This document shows positions 39,168 through 52,954 of a stretch of 64,000 bases of DNA, piece after piece. The DNA lies in assembly GCF_018977255.1 (NCBI RefSeq), contig NW_024704742.1:22446001-22510000 (forward strand), read 5' to 3'. A program made the translations under genes and the position numbers. Each line of letters starts with the position of its first letter. Within the stretch, counting starts at the first letter, position 1. A model generated the notes under the pieces. That model was given only the letters and a program-made list of their open reading frames with translations, did not search any database and was not told the DNA's origin. Source of the stretch: Callorhinchus milii (Eukaryota).

Positions 39168-39895
39168 GTGTCATTCGCGTATGTATGCGGATGACACCTA
39201 ACTCTATCTTTCTGCTTCCACCCTCAACTCCAGGACCACTGCTGTCCTGCCAGACTGCCTGTCGGACATTAAGTCTTGGATCAGAGCAAATTTCCTACAG
39301 TTGAATGTGGACAAGACTGAGGCCCTCCTGATTGACTCGCGCCAGCATCTCTGCACCTCAGCCTCTGGCAGTATTGACCTCCATGGTTGCACACTTCAAC
39401 TCACCAAGCCAGTCAGGAACCTAGGTGTCTTGTTCGACCCTCAACTGGCTTTTCTTCCCCACATCCAAGCCATGACCCGCTCTGCCTTCCCTCACCTCCG
39501 TAACATCGCCCAACTCTGCCACTACCTCACCCCTCAGGCCACTGAAACTCGTGCTTGTGCCTTCATCACCTCCAGGCGCCACTATGCAAACTCCCTGCTT
39601 GTCGGCCTTCCCACCCGCCCTACCATTGGTGGGAGAGCCTTCAGCCACTCTGCCACCAACTTCTGGAATTCCATCCCCCAATTACTCTGCCTCGCCCCCT
39701 CCTTAGCCTCCTTCAAGTCCCACCTCAAAACCCTCCTCTTCGACCATGCCATTAGTCACCCCCCTTCCCCTCCCCTCCCTTCTTCCCCCGCCCAACTCCA
39801 GCTTGGGCCTGAAATGCTGCATCTTGTCCAGCACCTTGGGACGTCCTCCCGACGTGAAAGGTGCTATACAAATATAATCTTGTTATTGTACTGTA
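39168..39895 (+). mobile_element. L2 LINE fragment (RT C-terminal part to 3' end) with an internal deletion
   Basis: MYADDT motif at ~39181, FLQLNVDKTEALL, VRNLGVLFD; jumps at ~39612 to PTIGGRAFS; tail present. Confidence 0.9.
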
Positions 39896-41249
39896 TTAGA
39901 AACTAATTAATCAACAGCTTTGAAAACAGAACTCATGATTTCAAAGATTCTTCACATTTTTATACAACCAAGATCATTCCTGTTTGATGCACTGTTCATC
40001 TTCCCAATGGGAAGACAAAATATGATTTATGTTAGCCTGGCACTATTTCACACTAGAAATTTACACAACGTAGCACAACAAGAACAACAAAATTAGATTT
40101 GTATAGTGCCTTTCACGTCAGGAGGACATCCCAAGGTGCTGAATGTTCACAAGCAGTCTGACTTGTCTCACTCTCCATGGTCATGACATCAAAGTCCTTA
40201 ATCTTTCACTCTCTTTCAGTTGTTGTGCTGTTCCAGCATTTGTTGCTATATTTCCTCAAATTTTCCTCCCTCTCTCCCAAGCCTCTGTTTTGACAGCATG
40301 GTCAAGATTTGGACATTCCAGCCAGTCTTAGCCAGCACTGTATTCCACCACTGGGAATATAACACATTGGGTTGCACTACATTCCTCAACTGGGAATTGC
40401 TGTTTTGGCAATTTTTTGAGGTTTGCTGACTACAACTTACATTTTTATAGCTCCTTTTATTTATAAAGAAACATCTGAAAGTACTTGAGGAGTACAGAGA
40501 TAATTGAGATCAAATGATACGTTGCAACACACTGTATTCATTCTTGCAGCCTCAATGTTCACTATCGAGATACTAAGCTGTAAGATAAGCCCACGTACAT
40601 GGTGTGAAAAATAACTTCCTGGATCTAAGTGCTTACCAGTTTACAAATTATATTTAATCAATTTTTGCAGCATTTTGCATGTATTCTATGAAGGATAATA
40701 TTACAATAATAACCTGCATTTATAGAGCATCTCGGAGCACTGATATTTCTGATGATGTTGTGGGTTTTAGGGTCTATTATGATGAAAATCCAATGGCATA
40801 CGATTTATGCAATGTTTTGGGTTGTACAGCAGCACGACACATGGGGCATGAGACAAAGATACACAAGGAAAGGAGCGACAGAAGATATAGAGGCCCATCA
40901 AATGCACTTCAAAGACCTTTCATCCCCTTCCCAGTCAACCTCCTTCACATTATACACTTACACATCTCTCCTGGAGATACTTGTTCTACACCTGTAGTTT
41001 TTGAATCTTAACCTTGCCCGGCATGGTCAGGTGCTTACTGTTAGCGAGCAAGGTTATATATATATATTATATATTATTATAAGGTTGAATTAGAGAGGGA
41101 GTCCTCTGAAATTGTACCGTGGTCTGATCAGGCTGGGAGCATTGTGCATTTGGTGTGACATAAAGGACCCTTCTAGTCTAACAGAGGGCAATAAGGTGGG
41201 GTGAGCTATGCTGAATGATTAGTTAGTTTTCTAAAGCTTCTAAAGTGTC

Positions 41250-41445
41250 AGAAAGAACCTTACATGTAAGATGCTAAAATGGGATTGAAAATTTAAACAC
41301 AGAACACTAGACAGAGGGAACATGTTTTTGGTCATACAATGCAATTTCAGGGCAGATACCAGGAAGTGTTTTGTTCAGAAAGGGTTAGCAACAGCTGGAA
41401 TGGGTGGACACTGGACTCATTTAAAGAACCAGTTTGATTCTGCTG
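41250..41445 (+). mobile_element. Old CR1 3' coding fragment
   Basis: FRADTRKCFVQKGL then AACAGCTGGAAT, resembling the CR1 'RxxFFxxRVVxxWN' motif. Confidence 0.5.
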
Positions 41446-42872
41446 GTTATTTATCTCTTCTCATTATCATTTGTGGATGGTTCCTGGGACAGATTAGTTG
41501 TCATGTTTGCCTACAAAGTAGCCAAAACACTTTAAGGTAACTCATTGTGTGAAGCACTTTGAGATATATTAATGTGATAAAGCATCATCTCAAAGCAAAT
41601 TTTATTATTTATTCAAAGGCTAGTCAGGGACTATTCTGAATGCATTTTTATTGTCTATATTTGGCATTTTTAATTGTTAAATGCACACAAAGGAAATGAA
41701 TTAAGAATAGAATTGTCAATTTACTCAATTGAATTTCCCTTCAATTTACATGTAGGTGAGGCTTCCAGAAATTCGCAAAATAAATCAATTAATTTCCCAT
41801 AACAATCGCAAATGATTTTTTCTGAAGTACAGTGGAAGCTGCTTAAACTGAACACATTGAGATTGGTCGTTTTGTCCGGCTTAAGGCCCTCCAGTGTATT
41901 TCAAAACATCACTTGCTTTTCCCCAAACCTTGCAATCTGCTGTGTGAAGAGCTTGGAGATGTTCTCCCAACATGAAATGAGCTGGATCAATGTAAGTTGT
42001 TTTGTTGTTATTCACAACCCATTAAGACATGATTTCTCTCCTCAGAATAGACCCTGATCAGGACTGGCTTTTTTCAAGCATCTTTTGATAAACCTTCTTT
42101 TAAATTTACAACTTCAATGAGAGATGCGAAATAGCCAGGTCACCAGTATTTCTTCTCAAAGCATATTTTTCCCTCCAAGGCAAAGTATTTCTGCTATTCA
42201 ATTTAAAATCTGAAAGTCATCTTCTAACTGGATGATCTAAAGCAAACATCTTATTTTAATTACATTTTCTGAATCTTACTTCTAAGCAACCCTTCTTTAA
42301 CAATCTTAAAATCTTCCTGTATCCCTTAGGGTAGGTTTCTGTTTAGTGAATCTTATTGTCACAATTTAATCCCTTTTTTTTATCCAAAGGTATTACGATT
42401 TTCAAAAATCAATTTGCGTCCTGTAGAAACACGACTTAATTTATTTATCTTATGAATCAGCTAGCATTAGTCATTCACATTGTGGCTGTTTGTGGGACAA
42501 TGCTGTGCTCAAATTTGTTCCCACATTTACCTACAAACATACAGCCACTACATACCGCTTTGAGACGTCTTGACTTTGTGATAAGGCACTATATTAAATG
42601 CAAGGATTCTTCATTATCTACGCTACCTAGATTAACTTAAATACAAAATATCAAGCACAACTGAGTCAATTATCCTTCCTGTATTTCACCAACTTCATGA
42701 GCTGTAGATAGAGTATTGAAGAGTTATGAACTACAAAACGGTGGAATATGTTACGCTATTTGTATTACACTACCTGTGAACCATTTACTTGGCACTCTTC
42801 CAGGTCCATCCCTTATTCTCTTGAGCCTGTGAGAGTCTGTCTGATAATAAGTGATGTGAAAATCCATTATCC

Positions 42873-43036
42873 GGGTTATTCTCTGTGTGCCAGTAAATTT
42901 ACCTCTCTGGCAGTGTGTGCAAATTATTCCCCACTCATAGCTAAATTTATTGATCTTGCTGCTGCACGTTTATAATGGCCATTATAAGCACAGACTGTCA
43001 AAGTTAGTAAATTTACCGACACACAGACAATAACTC
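42873..43036. mobile_element. MITE-like element with ~48-bp inverted ends
   Basis: GGGTTATTCTCTGTGTGCCAGTAAATTTAC vs GTAAATTTACCGACACACAGACAATAACTC; internal palindrome TTATAATGGCCATTATAA. Confidence 0.7.
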
Positions 43037-43344
43037 TTCACCTGTCCATTCCACTGAAAAGCTAAATTTCCAAACATTAGCTAACTGAGTCAAGCCTAGT
43101 TCCATTCCCATATCTTAATTGCTAATCCTTAACAGATAAATCAGATTCCCCTCCATGTGAGCCATGTGATCCCAGTGTCCCAGTAATGCCTAGAAGAACA
43201 ATAACTGTATTGCTCTGGACAGTGCTCCCCTGAACCTTTCTATTCTGTTACACCTGAGATCCAGATATGCCATCCCTCATGTTCTTCCTCTTCTCTGGAT
43301 CCTCATGGTGCTAAAACCAGGACTTGGCATCATGTGATCTTATA

Positions 43345-43679
43345 GTAATCCATGCATTTGATATAGCACCTTATCACGTTATTGAGGCGTCACAAAGCAT
43401 TTCATAGAATATAATGCACAATGAATTGACTATATTTTGTGGGCGAAACACAGCAGACAATTATCCCAGAAACAGCCGTGGATTGAGTGACCAATTTGTT
43501 TTTTTGAAGAGATTATTACCCCCAGAAATTGATCTGCCAATCGACCTACAACTGGTTGCCTATTTACAGCGAGGTAAACAGAGGCATGTGGAGTAAGGAA
43601 AGTTGCCTAAGGTTCCACCCTGTCTGGGAATTGAACCTGAGTCCTCTTGGTGCTCTAACCAATATGCTGTAGGACTCCA
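43345..43679 (-). mobile_element. tRNA-headed SINE, longer variant
   Basis: Head, extra GGTAAACAGAGGCATGTGG segment, body and tail. Confidence 0.8.
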
Positions 43680-44732
43680 AGTTATACAGATAACATAAGC
43701 CTGAATCCCACATACCAACACTGAAGCACTGTGCTCTATGGGGCACCAGATTCAAAGATTGCAATGCTTCTACAAGAGGTTTTGGGCCCTTTCATTTTTA
43801 CAATGGCGAGAGTGGGGAGTTTACCCAATGCTAAATTATAGAGAATGCAAAGAAGATAATATCTTAAACAAAACAACCAGAGAAATACAGGCTTTCCACC
43901 TGGAGTTAAGGAGAGATTGTATTGCAGGGCACTACAAAGAGATGAAAAATTGCAGAGTACATTATTCTCATGTCAGTTACTAATAGATGGCACATATCTA
44001 TTAGGCAATGCATGACAATGCCCAACTCCAATGAATACATCTTAACATCCTCATTTTTGTTGTATATGTATATACAGTGTTTGTCTACATGTAGTTCTAT
44101 ATTTGTAGGTCTTAATCTTATAAGAGTCCCAGGAGAATTATACAGTGCATAATTCCTGGAGTGTGAGAATAGTAAAGGCTACTTTTTTGGTCTCGTTTGA
44201 GAATGCTGCATGGTTCAGTGGTTGGGTCTGGAAGGTGGGGTATAGATTCCGAGGCAGCTCTCACAGTCCTCATTCTCCTAAACTCTGCTGCTTAAGTAGA
44301 TGGATAAGGAAAATCATCTGCATTATAGATTTTGAATAGCTAATATCCAGAGTAGAGACTGCAGACCCAAGGAGTTCGAAATTTCTAAAGGATTCAATAG
44401 TTGTGAGAAGTGGTCCCCAAAACACGGGGAAAGAAAAATGAATGTTAAGGAGCTGTGATAGACAACTAAAGCCTAACCCGCTTTCTTTTTCTCTGTGCAG
44501 GAAAGCCCCTGGCCTCTACTGGATACTTTTCCCACTGATGTCTGCCTGAGTCAGGGAACTCACTGTGTTGAAATCAAGGGCATGAATCAAGGACCTATCA
44601 TTATCTAAGAAACACACAAGAGACCCAGTAGATTGCATTCTCAAGTTGTTGACCAACTCCATCATTTGCATTTGATCGTTTGCTTCTGGATGCCATCATT
44701 TTGTCCACAGCATATTAAGTCAATTCACTTTA

Positions 44733-45078
44733 ACAATAATCCTTGCATCTGATATAGCGCCTTATCACATCTTCAAGACATCTCAAAGCGCTTCACAAAA
44801 TATACTATAAAGTGGATTGACTGTATATTTTGTGGGCGGAACGCAGTAGCCAATTGCTCCCAGCAGTGTCCCGCAAACAATTGTGGTTGATTGACCAAAT
44901 GATAATTTTTTTGGAAGGAAGTATTACTCCCGGAAAAGCGGGTTCCTACTTACTGCTAGGTAAACAGACATGCGTGGAGTAAGGAAACGTGCCCAATGTT
45001 TTGCCCTGCCAGGAATCGAACCCAGGTCCTCTCATTTGCGAGGCGAGTGCTCTAACCACTAAGCTACAGGATTCCACA
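44733..45078 (-). mobile_element. tRNA-headed SINE, longer variant, full length
   Basis: Head reverse complement GGCGAGTGCTCTAACCACTAAGCTACAGGA; abuts a plus-strand tail fragment at 45075-45167. Confidence 0.88.
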
Positions 45079-46144
45079 CTTTACAGTATATTCTGTGGAG
45101 AACTTTGAGATGTCTCAATGATGTGATAAGGCACTATATCAAATGCAAGGATTATTATTATTATTATTCCCCATTGCTGTCCAGTAACCCTTGCTCGTAA
45201 GGATACCCATCTGGTCACCAGACTCTGCCTCCATAGTGTTACAGGCAAAGGATGGCCTCTGGAACTGTAACTCAGTAAGAGGCAGCACTTCGAGGATAGG
45301 AGGAAGGAGAAAACTGGGAGGAAAAAAAGGAGCATATTTGCTTACATGTGGTTAATGGCAAATTATAGCATTTTCACTATTAATGCATTTTCTTACTCTT
45401 TGCTAAAACTCTTGCACATCCTAACACAGGTCCTAACACAGACAAATATACGAGAATGGCAGCATGTGGAGAAGGATTTAAGGACATCAGCTGTGACAGG
45501 ATCAACATCATTTAATTACACATTTGGCACCCTGGTGATGTGTGGTTTCCTGTCTGATTTCTTCATCGTAAAGCTGTCATTCTGATTATTAATCTTCCAC
45601 AGTTACCGTAATACCCACTTTACAGTGAATCATTAGCAAGCAAGCTCCATTCGTCACACTCTGACACATTTGTCACAAAGAGTCCCAGCTGATACGGGGA
45701 TGGCAACTGAGGGGTTTCCATAAATGCGGCTGAAACAAAAATGCACTTAATTTTCAAGCAGAGCAAGGAACTGCATAGATTCCCTCTTGCTCTGGAGAAA
45801 AATAGGTTAAAAATTAATTTGCATTGAGGACAAGCCAGCTGCACAATGGTGTGCAAATGTTCATGTCCACGATTCCCTAGATAATGAGTGTCATGTCTCA
45901 CTTAACCAGATCATCTGAGGACTCACAAAGTACTTCCCTGCAATAAACAAATACAAATAGAAAGGCTGCTGTCTCCTCAAGAGCAGCATTGGCAGGTCCT
46001 GGAACAGACAACTGGACAGACAATTTAGGTAGTGATTGGGATGTGAGATGTAGGGATGGGGAGACAAAGAGAAAACTCAAAAGATAAGCTACAAGTATTT
46101 GAAAATGTTTCAGAAAGGTTACATGGACATGCAGCACAGAGATA

Positions 46145-46438
46145 ATAATAATAATATTAGTAACATTTGGTATATTTAGCCTTTCATGTCAAGAAGACGT
46201 CTCAAAGTGCTTCACAGGATGTAATGTAAAGTGGAGTGACTCTGTGTATTTGATTGTCGGTGAACATGGCAACCAATTTGCACATAGCAATGTCCCACAA
46301 ACAGCCATGAAGTGAATGCGCAGGTTCAGCAAAGAATGCTTGTCTGGTATTGTAATCAGGTCTCTCGCTTGCGAGGCGAGTGCTCTAACCACTGAGCTAC
46401 AGGACTCCACAACAACTGAGCTACAGGACTCCACAACA
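46145..46438 (-). mobile_element. Composite SINE: tail and body joined to a tRNA head with a 24-bp tandem duplication
   Basis: ACTGAGCTACAGGACTCCACAACA twice (46391-46414, 46415-46438). Confidence 0.75.
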
Positions 46439-47139
46439 GCTGAGGCACATTGTAAAAACTGTGGATGTAGTTCATACAATTTCAACCCATGTACTGTTTC
46501 TCTGAAGCTAACACTCCAATGTAGACTGGAAGATGGTCAATGTACGTTGTTGTTATGTTAGGCATTCACACAGATTCTATGTGCAATGACTTTGTTTTCC
46601 ATTCATCTTAATTAAATTGCCTCATTGATCTGACACATTAATATAAAAAAAACATTAGAGTGAAAGCTCGGAGAATGGAAACGTCTCCATGTAAAAAAAA
46701 TCTTATCAGCCAGTTGCCTCCACTGGAATTTGGGGAAAATTCCAAAGTTGCAATGGCATTGCTCCTGGCTCTGAGGAAACTTGGCTTTGAAAGAATTCTG
46801 ACCCAAGAGAGACCTGGCAAAGAATATATTATTTAACATCTTTATTTTGTAAGCTTCCGCAAAACAACTCACAGAAGAGACGCAATACCACAAACCATGG
46901 TGCGTCACTGGTTAGAACAGTTCCAGCTGAACACGCAACTGAGTCAAGCATAATATTTCTCCAGCGATTACAAGTCAAGACGTTCACTGGCTAATTAACA
47001 CTCAGTGAATGAAAGCAGTGATTCTGTAATGTCTCATATTTCCAACACAAAAGTCTACTTCTACCAGGATTGTTCATGGCCTCGTTGTCATTGCTAGTTC
47101 TGAGTCAGAATGGTATCCAGACAGTTTATTGTGCTGCCA

Positions 47140-47325
47140 GGATATTTACTTGGTCATTCATTTCATGGCCATTTGTGGAACATTGCTGTGCACAAATTGG
47201 TTGCTGCATTCTCCTTAAAAACAAAGTCACTACGCTTTACAGTGAGTGCTGTGAAGCAATTTGAGACATCCTCTCATCATGAAAGGCACTATACCAAATG
47301 CAAGGAATATTACTACTATTGTTAT
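47140..47325 (+). mobile_element. SINE 3' half
   Basis: TTGGTCATTCATTTCATGGCCATTTGTGGAACATTGCTGTGCACAAATTGG...AAATGCAAGG. Confidence 0.7.
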
Positions 47326-50082
47326 TTCTCAATCCCGTTTTAGGTGTTACACATGTCACAATGGGCCCTAGTCAACATTTTCTCTCAAGATTGAAATGCC
47401 CTATCTTGTTGAATCATTTCATTTGATCAACATTTTTAATGAGAGCATATTATGTACCAGGCACCTAATGGATAACTGAGTTGAAAGAGAAAAATATCCT
47501 GGATCAGAAACATGCCAGGTAATTAAATGTGTGACTGATAGAATGAGTGCCCTGCAGTGACTGTCTTCAGTAATACAGTCCAACTGACTTACAATCAACT
47601 CTGTTTACATCATTTGAAAAAAAGAACATTTTGATCTTGTAAAACCAATTCTGTTTACTGCTTGAAAATAATGGCAAGCTTAATGTCAATTCCTTTTTGT
47701 CTAATTCCATTAAAATTGAAAGCCAAATATCCATTCAGAATTACAGTCCATGGTTTATTTCAGATCAAATACGTTGCCTGCTTATTATATTTACTGGTGA
47801 CATTATTATGTGAATTAGACCAACATGGCCATAGTGACTGACTAATGGTTTGCTAATGTTTAAGTCAAAGAAGGTTATGTTACCATTATTTTTTACTGTA
47901 ATAGAAGCTTATTTTAGCCTTGTAATATGGCATGACTTAATACCTGATTTGCCTTTGCCTTTACATTCCAAATTTTCCCCTCCTTTCTTATAAAATACTA
48001 TGTAAAGAAAGTAAAGCTATGAGGCACATTAGTCAAGGTAGAGCTTGCCAAGTCATCATTGTATGAGGCGTAAGTATTAGAAAGTATTAGGCACAGGTCT
48101 TGTCAAACTGCACCTAATACTTTCTGGGATTAGGTGAGCAGGATGTGTCCCTCCAGAGAGAGAGAGTGCACATTCCATTCCAACAATCTCTCTCTGGGAT
48201 TTCCATGTGTAAGTGGGAGATGCATGAAATTCTCAACTTAGTTTGGATACTCTTAAACATTTTGAAGAGTTTCCACATGTGTCAGACACCTGGCTGACCA
48301 AAGAAATAAAATAAAGAGGGACTCTCTTTGAAGAGGGACTCTTCTGTTCAATTCTCCTATATCACAGTGAATAACCAAAACAGTCAGCAAAGCAGAGGGT
48401 TTTTATCTACTGTTTTCCAGCAGGTGCATTAACTGGCAGTTCCTATGTCTTGGGTGCCATTGGCACATGTTGGGCCAACATTTAAGTATCCTAAATGCAT
48501 TCCATTCCTTAATTATGGCTAGTTTCAAGATTAAGAATGCCGGGAATGTTGCAAAGAAAACTTATCTCTATCACAATTGTTATACCCAGACTGGACCACT
48601 AACCACCCCCCCACCCCCACCCACCGCACACCACACCTCCCAACACATCCCCCAAATGCCGCTGATTTTCAAGCTAATCTGCTGTTTCGATTCAGGCGAT
48701 GGATCAAATTGTTTGTTGTTTTGTCCCTTCGAGAGTCATTGTTTTTTGTCTTAAAACTTATTTTCTGGACTTGAAAATGTGGCGAAAATAATGTTCACTA
48801 TGGCCCAGAAAATGTTATTTTATATTGGAATTTAAGGCCACAGGCTGAGCAGATTTCTCCCACACTCTATCAAGCCCGCAGCACTCACTGTGAACTGAAT
48901 TCATTCTTGTTCCCTGTTAAGATTATGATTGAATAGCTCCATGTTCACCAAGTACCAGGGCCAGTAGAAAATTGTAGCTTTCCTGTTTTAATTGGCTTCC
49001 AGGAGGAAATAAGTCCTTTAATTGCTGTTCTCAGCATTCTTCTTGCTATTGTATTATGAAGAGGAACATTGCAACTTTCACAGATTTGGGTAATGTCTAT
49101 GACTCTCATTCACCCCCTGCACTATGGAGGGTGAGAATCAGAGATATGGACATTATCCAAATAATTAAGTTGTAATTTGTGTCAGAAAAGCAAAAAAGGA
49201 TACATAGTCTTTACAGTAAGTACACTTTGAAATACAAACTGTGGAGCAGTTTGAGATATCTCAATGATGTGATAAGGCACTATATCAAAATACAAGAATT
49301 ATTCTTATTATAATTGTAGCTTTTGCTGACAGAAAGAAAATCTCCCGACAGTTGTTAAGACTTGCACAAGGCTGTTGTTATTGACAGCAATGCACAGAAC
49401 AGCCTCCTATTTTCTGTGCGCAATGTGGTGAATTCAGCTGCAAAAGATGTGGAGCGTAAACTATCCCTGGTCCAGCAGGTAGGTTTGTGTGCCATGAGTT
49501 CCCAGGAGTTCGTACAGAAGGTTTTGAGGACCCTACATAAGTTTTGTTTGCTATCCAACGTGACAGTGTAGATATCCAATGCGATAATAGAAAAATAAAA
49601 GTTCTGGATTTATTTGCACACCAAATCCTACCAATTGCTGTGGGTGTCCAGGATACCAATCAGAGTTTTGCTGAGTGCCATCATTAGACTCATTGTTACC
49701 TCCAAGAGATGAGTACAGCGTGCTGGAGCATGAGCAGATAGATAAAAACAACTAAAGGAAAACGTGAATGGCATTTAACATTCCATAATTCATTGCAGCT
49801 CTTACGAAAATTTGTTCCGTTAATTATATTTGCTTATCTTAAGGACTGTGACTTTGTAAGGGAGGGACTGACTGTAAAAGAAGGAATTCAGACCTAAGAA
49901 TACTCCCCTCTAATAACTGGCGGCCTTCCAGACGTAGAAAAGTCACTCTGAGTGTTCTGTTCCCATGAAAAGGCCCAATTCAGTCCCTGAAAGATGATAC
50001 CACACAGGGAGAGCTTTGAGATGGAAAGAGGAAATTCATGTAATTCTACTGCTATGTTACTAACCTCCCAATTCCATATGTG

Positions 50083-50527
50083 TGGCAGCCTGGCTCTGTT
50101 GGTGGCGCTCTCGTCTCTGGCTGAGAGGGTTTTAGCTTCAAGCCCCAAGTCAGGACTTTGACCATATAATCTGCTCTGCCACTCCATTGCAGTGCTGGGG
50201 GAGCGCTGGATTGCTTAAGGTGCCATGCTTCAGATGAGATGTTAAACTGAGGACCTGTCTGCCTGTTAAGGTGGTTGTTAAAGATCCCATGGCATGATTC
50301 GAAAAGAGAAGGGAGTTTTTCCTGGTGTCCTGGACAATAAAACCCCCAAATAAAATTGGTCATTCACTTCATGTCTGTTTGTGGGACATTGCTGTCTGCA
50401 ACTCGCTGCTGCATTTTGCCCACAAAATACACAATCAATCTGCTTTATAGTATATCTTGTGAAGCACTTTGCGATATCTCAATGACATGATAAGGCATTA
50501 TATCAAATGCAAGGCTTATTATTATTA
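50083..50527 (+). mobile_element. Deu-domain (SacSINE1-like) SINE, most complete copy in the window
   Basis: tRNA-type head, GATGAGATGTTAAACTGAGG...AAAGATCCCATGGCA...GGTGTCCTGG core, shared body and tail; a second partial copy follows at 50575-50800. Confidence 0.85.
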
Positions 50528-51284
50528 ATATCCACGGACAATCCACTTTATTATTAATAATAATAATAATGATAAAGAAGGGAGTATCTCTTGGTGTCCT
50601 GGCTAACAATCCTCCAAATTGGTCATTCACTTTATCGCTGTTGGTGGGACATTGCGATGAGCAAAACTGGTGGATGCATTTGCCCACAAAACACATAGTA
50701 ACTGCACTTTACAATAAATCCTGTTAAGTGCTCTGAGACATTCTCCTGATGTGAAAGCCATTTATACAAATGTAATGATTGTTATTATTTTATTATTAAT
50801 GATCACATGCATCAGGTACTCTTAGTTATGTGTTAAATAGTGAAAAGAATAACAGAATCTATAATTCTTTTCATTGGTGGTCAGTTACATAATTAAGAGC
50901 ACCTGAATGCATTTCAACATTATTAGCCATGGGTCAACCCACCAACCTACCTTTTAGATCCCCATGAAAGAATTTTACAAATCTTCTTTTGCTGGTTTGG
51001 CACTCAATATAATATCACAATTTACATAACAATGCATCAGTTTCATTATTAAAACTTCCATGCATCATGAATGATGATATTGTTGCACTAAACAAACAGC
51101 ACTACTGTTCCCCAGCACTAGTGTTCTTTTCTCCTCCTGTGGCTTCAGAAATCACTAACCTTAATCCAATCACTTGGACTAACTGAGAACGTTCTAAATG
51201 GTAATATACACTCAGTTTGCAAATATTGCTTATTAGACTTCAATTCAGTATAATAATAATAATGAATTTCATTCATTATACATT

Positions 51285-52954
51285 CTTTCCTCCCCATCTC
51301 TCCCTCCTCCATCTCACCCACCATCACCTCCATGAAACCCACCACCTGCTGCCTCGACCCCCTCCTCACCAACTTACTGGTCACCCAGCTCCCCCTCCTC
51401 TGCCCACTACTGGCTGACGTTATCAACCAGTCCCTCTCCTCCGGATCAGTACCTGCTCCCCGTCAAAACTGCTGTCATCACCCCACCCCTGAAAAAAACC
51501 CTCCCTAGATCCCTCAAACCCCAGCCACTACCTCCCTATTTCTAACTTGCCCTTCCTCTCAAAAGTTCTAGAATGTGTTGTTGCCAACCAACTTCACGCA
51601 CATCTCTCCTCCCACTCCCTCTTCGAACCCCTCCAGTCCAGTTTCCGCGCTGCCCACAGTACAGAGACTGCGCTTGTGAAAGTCACAAACGACATCCTCT
51701 CTATCTGTGACCAGGGCTCCCTCTGCCTCCTTATCCTCCTGGACCTCTCCGCCGAATTCGACACAGTCGATCACGCCATCCTCCTCCACCGCCTTTCCTG
51801 TGTCATCCACCTCAGTGGGACTGCACTCGCTTGGTTCAAATCCTACCTCACAAACCGCCAGCAGTACATCTGCACAAACGGCTTCTCCTCCCTCTCTCAC
51901 CCGGTTACCTGCGGGCTACCCCAAGGATCCATCCTTGGCTCCCTTCTCTTTCTGATCTACATCCTCCCTCTTGGGGATGTCATCTGCAGAGATGGAGTAC
52001 ACTTCCACATGTATGCAGACGACACCCAACTCTATTTTTCCACCTCTCTTTGCGACCCCTAGTTTCTTGATGTTCTGTCAGCCTGCCTGTCAGATCTCAG
52101 GGGTTGGATGAGTGCAAATTTCCTTCAGCTGAATAAGATAGAAGCCATACTCTTTGCCTCTCGTCAACGTCTCAAATCCCACAGCTCTCACCTACTCCAC
52201 CTACCCAACCTCCCCCTAAAACTCTCCGAACCCGTAAGCAACCTAGGCGTCAGGTTCGACCGCCAATTATCTTTCCTCCCCCACATCCAGTCCCTCACCA
52301 ACACCGCTTTCTTCCACCTCCGACGCATCGCCAGTTTCCGCCAATACCTCTCCCCAAAAGCTGCTGAAACCCTGGTCCATGCCTTTGTCACCTCTCGGCT
52401 GGACTACTCTAACGCCCTCCTCGCCGGTCTCCCATCCACTACCATCCATAAAATCCAAATCATTCAAAACTCTGCCGCCCGCATTCTCACCCACACTAAA
52501 CTCCGCTCCCTGATCACCCCAGTCCTTGCCACACTGCACTGGCTGCCTGTCCCAGAGAGGATCGACTTCAAGATCCTCACCCTTGTATTCAAATCCCTCC
52601 ACTCCCCTGCACCCCACCTACCTCTCTGACCTCTCTCCTCAAAACAGTACCCGTTGCCTTTGTTCCTCCGGGTCTGGCCTCCTCCTCGTCCCCCGAGTCC
52701 TCCGCTCAACCCTTGGCGGCCGTACCTTCAGCCACTATGCCCCGAGGCTCTGGAACTGCCTTCCTCACTCCCTTCGCCTCGCTCCCTCCCTTCCCATTTT
52801 CATGTCTCTGCTGAAGACCTTTCTTTTCAAACGCCCCTTTGGTCACCTTCCTTCCCCTCCCCCTGGCTCGGTCCCGGGATCCGTTACTGTAAAGCGCTCT
52901 GAGACACCGTCTGGCATGGAAGGCGCTATATAAATCCATGTTGTTGTTGTTGTT
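51285..52954 (+). mobile_element. 5'-truncated L2 LINE with a disrupted ORF2 reverse transcriptase domain (type-1 3' end)
   Basis: [62 protein letters not shown]; in-frame stop at 52060-52062 and frameshifts; (TTG)n tail. Confidence 0.95.

Noticed and set aside
49340..49820. hAT transposase relic (AVVID..., IIHC...)
   Set aside because: Motif resemblance is too weak and the spacing is not convincing
51547..52629. Functional reverse transcriptase gene or retron-like system
   Set aside because: A 5'-truncated L2 ORF2 with a stop codon and frameshifts and no endonuclease domain
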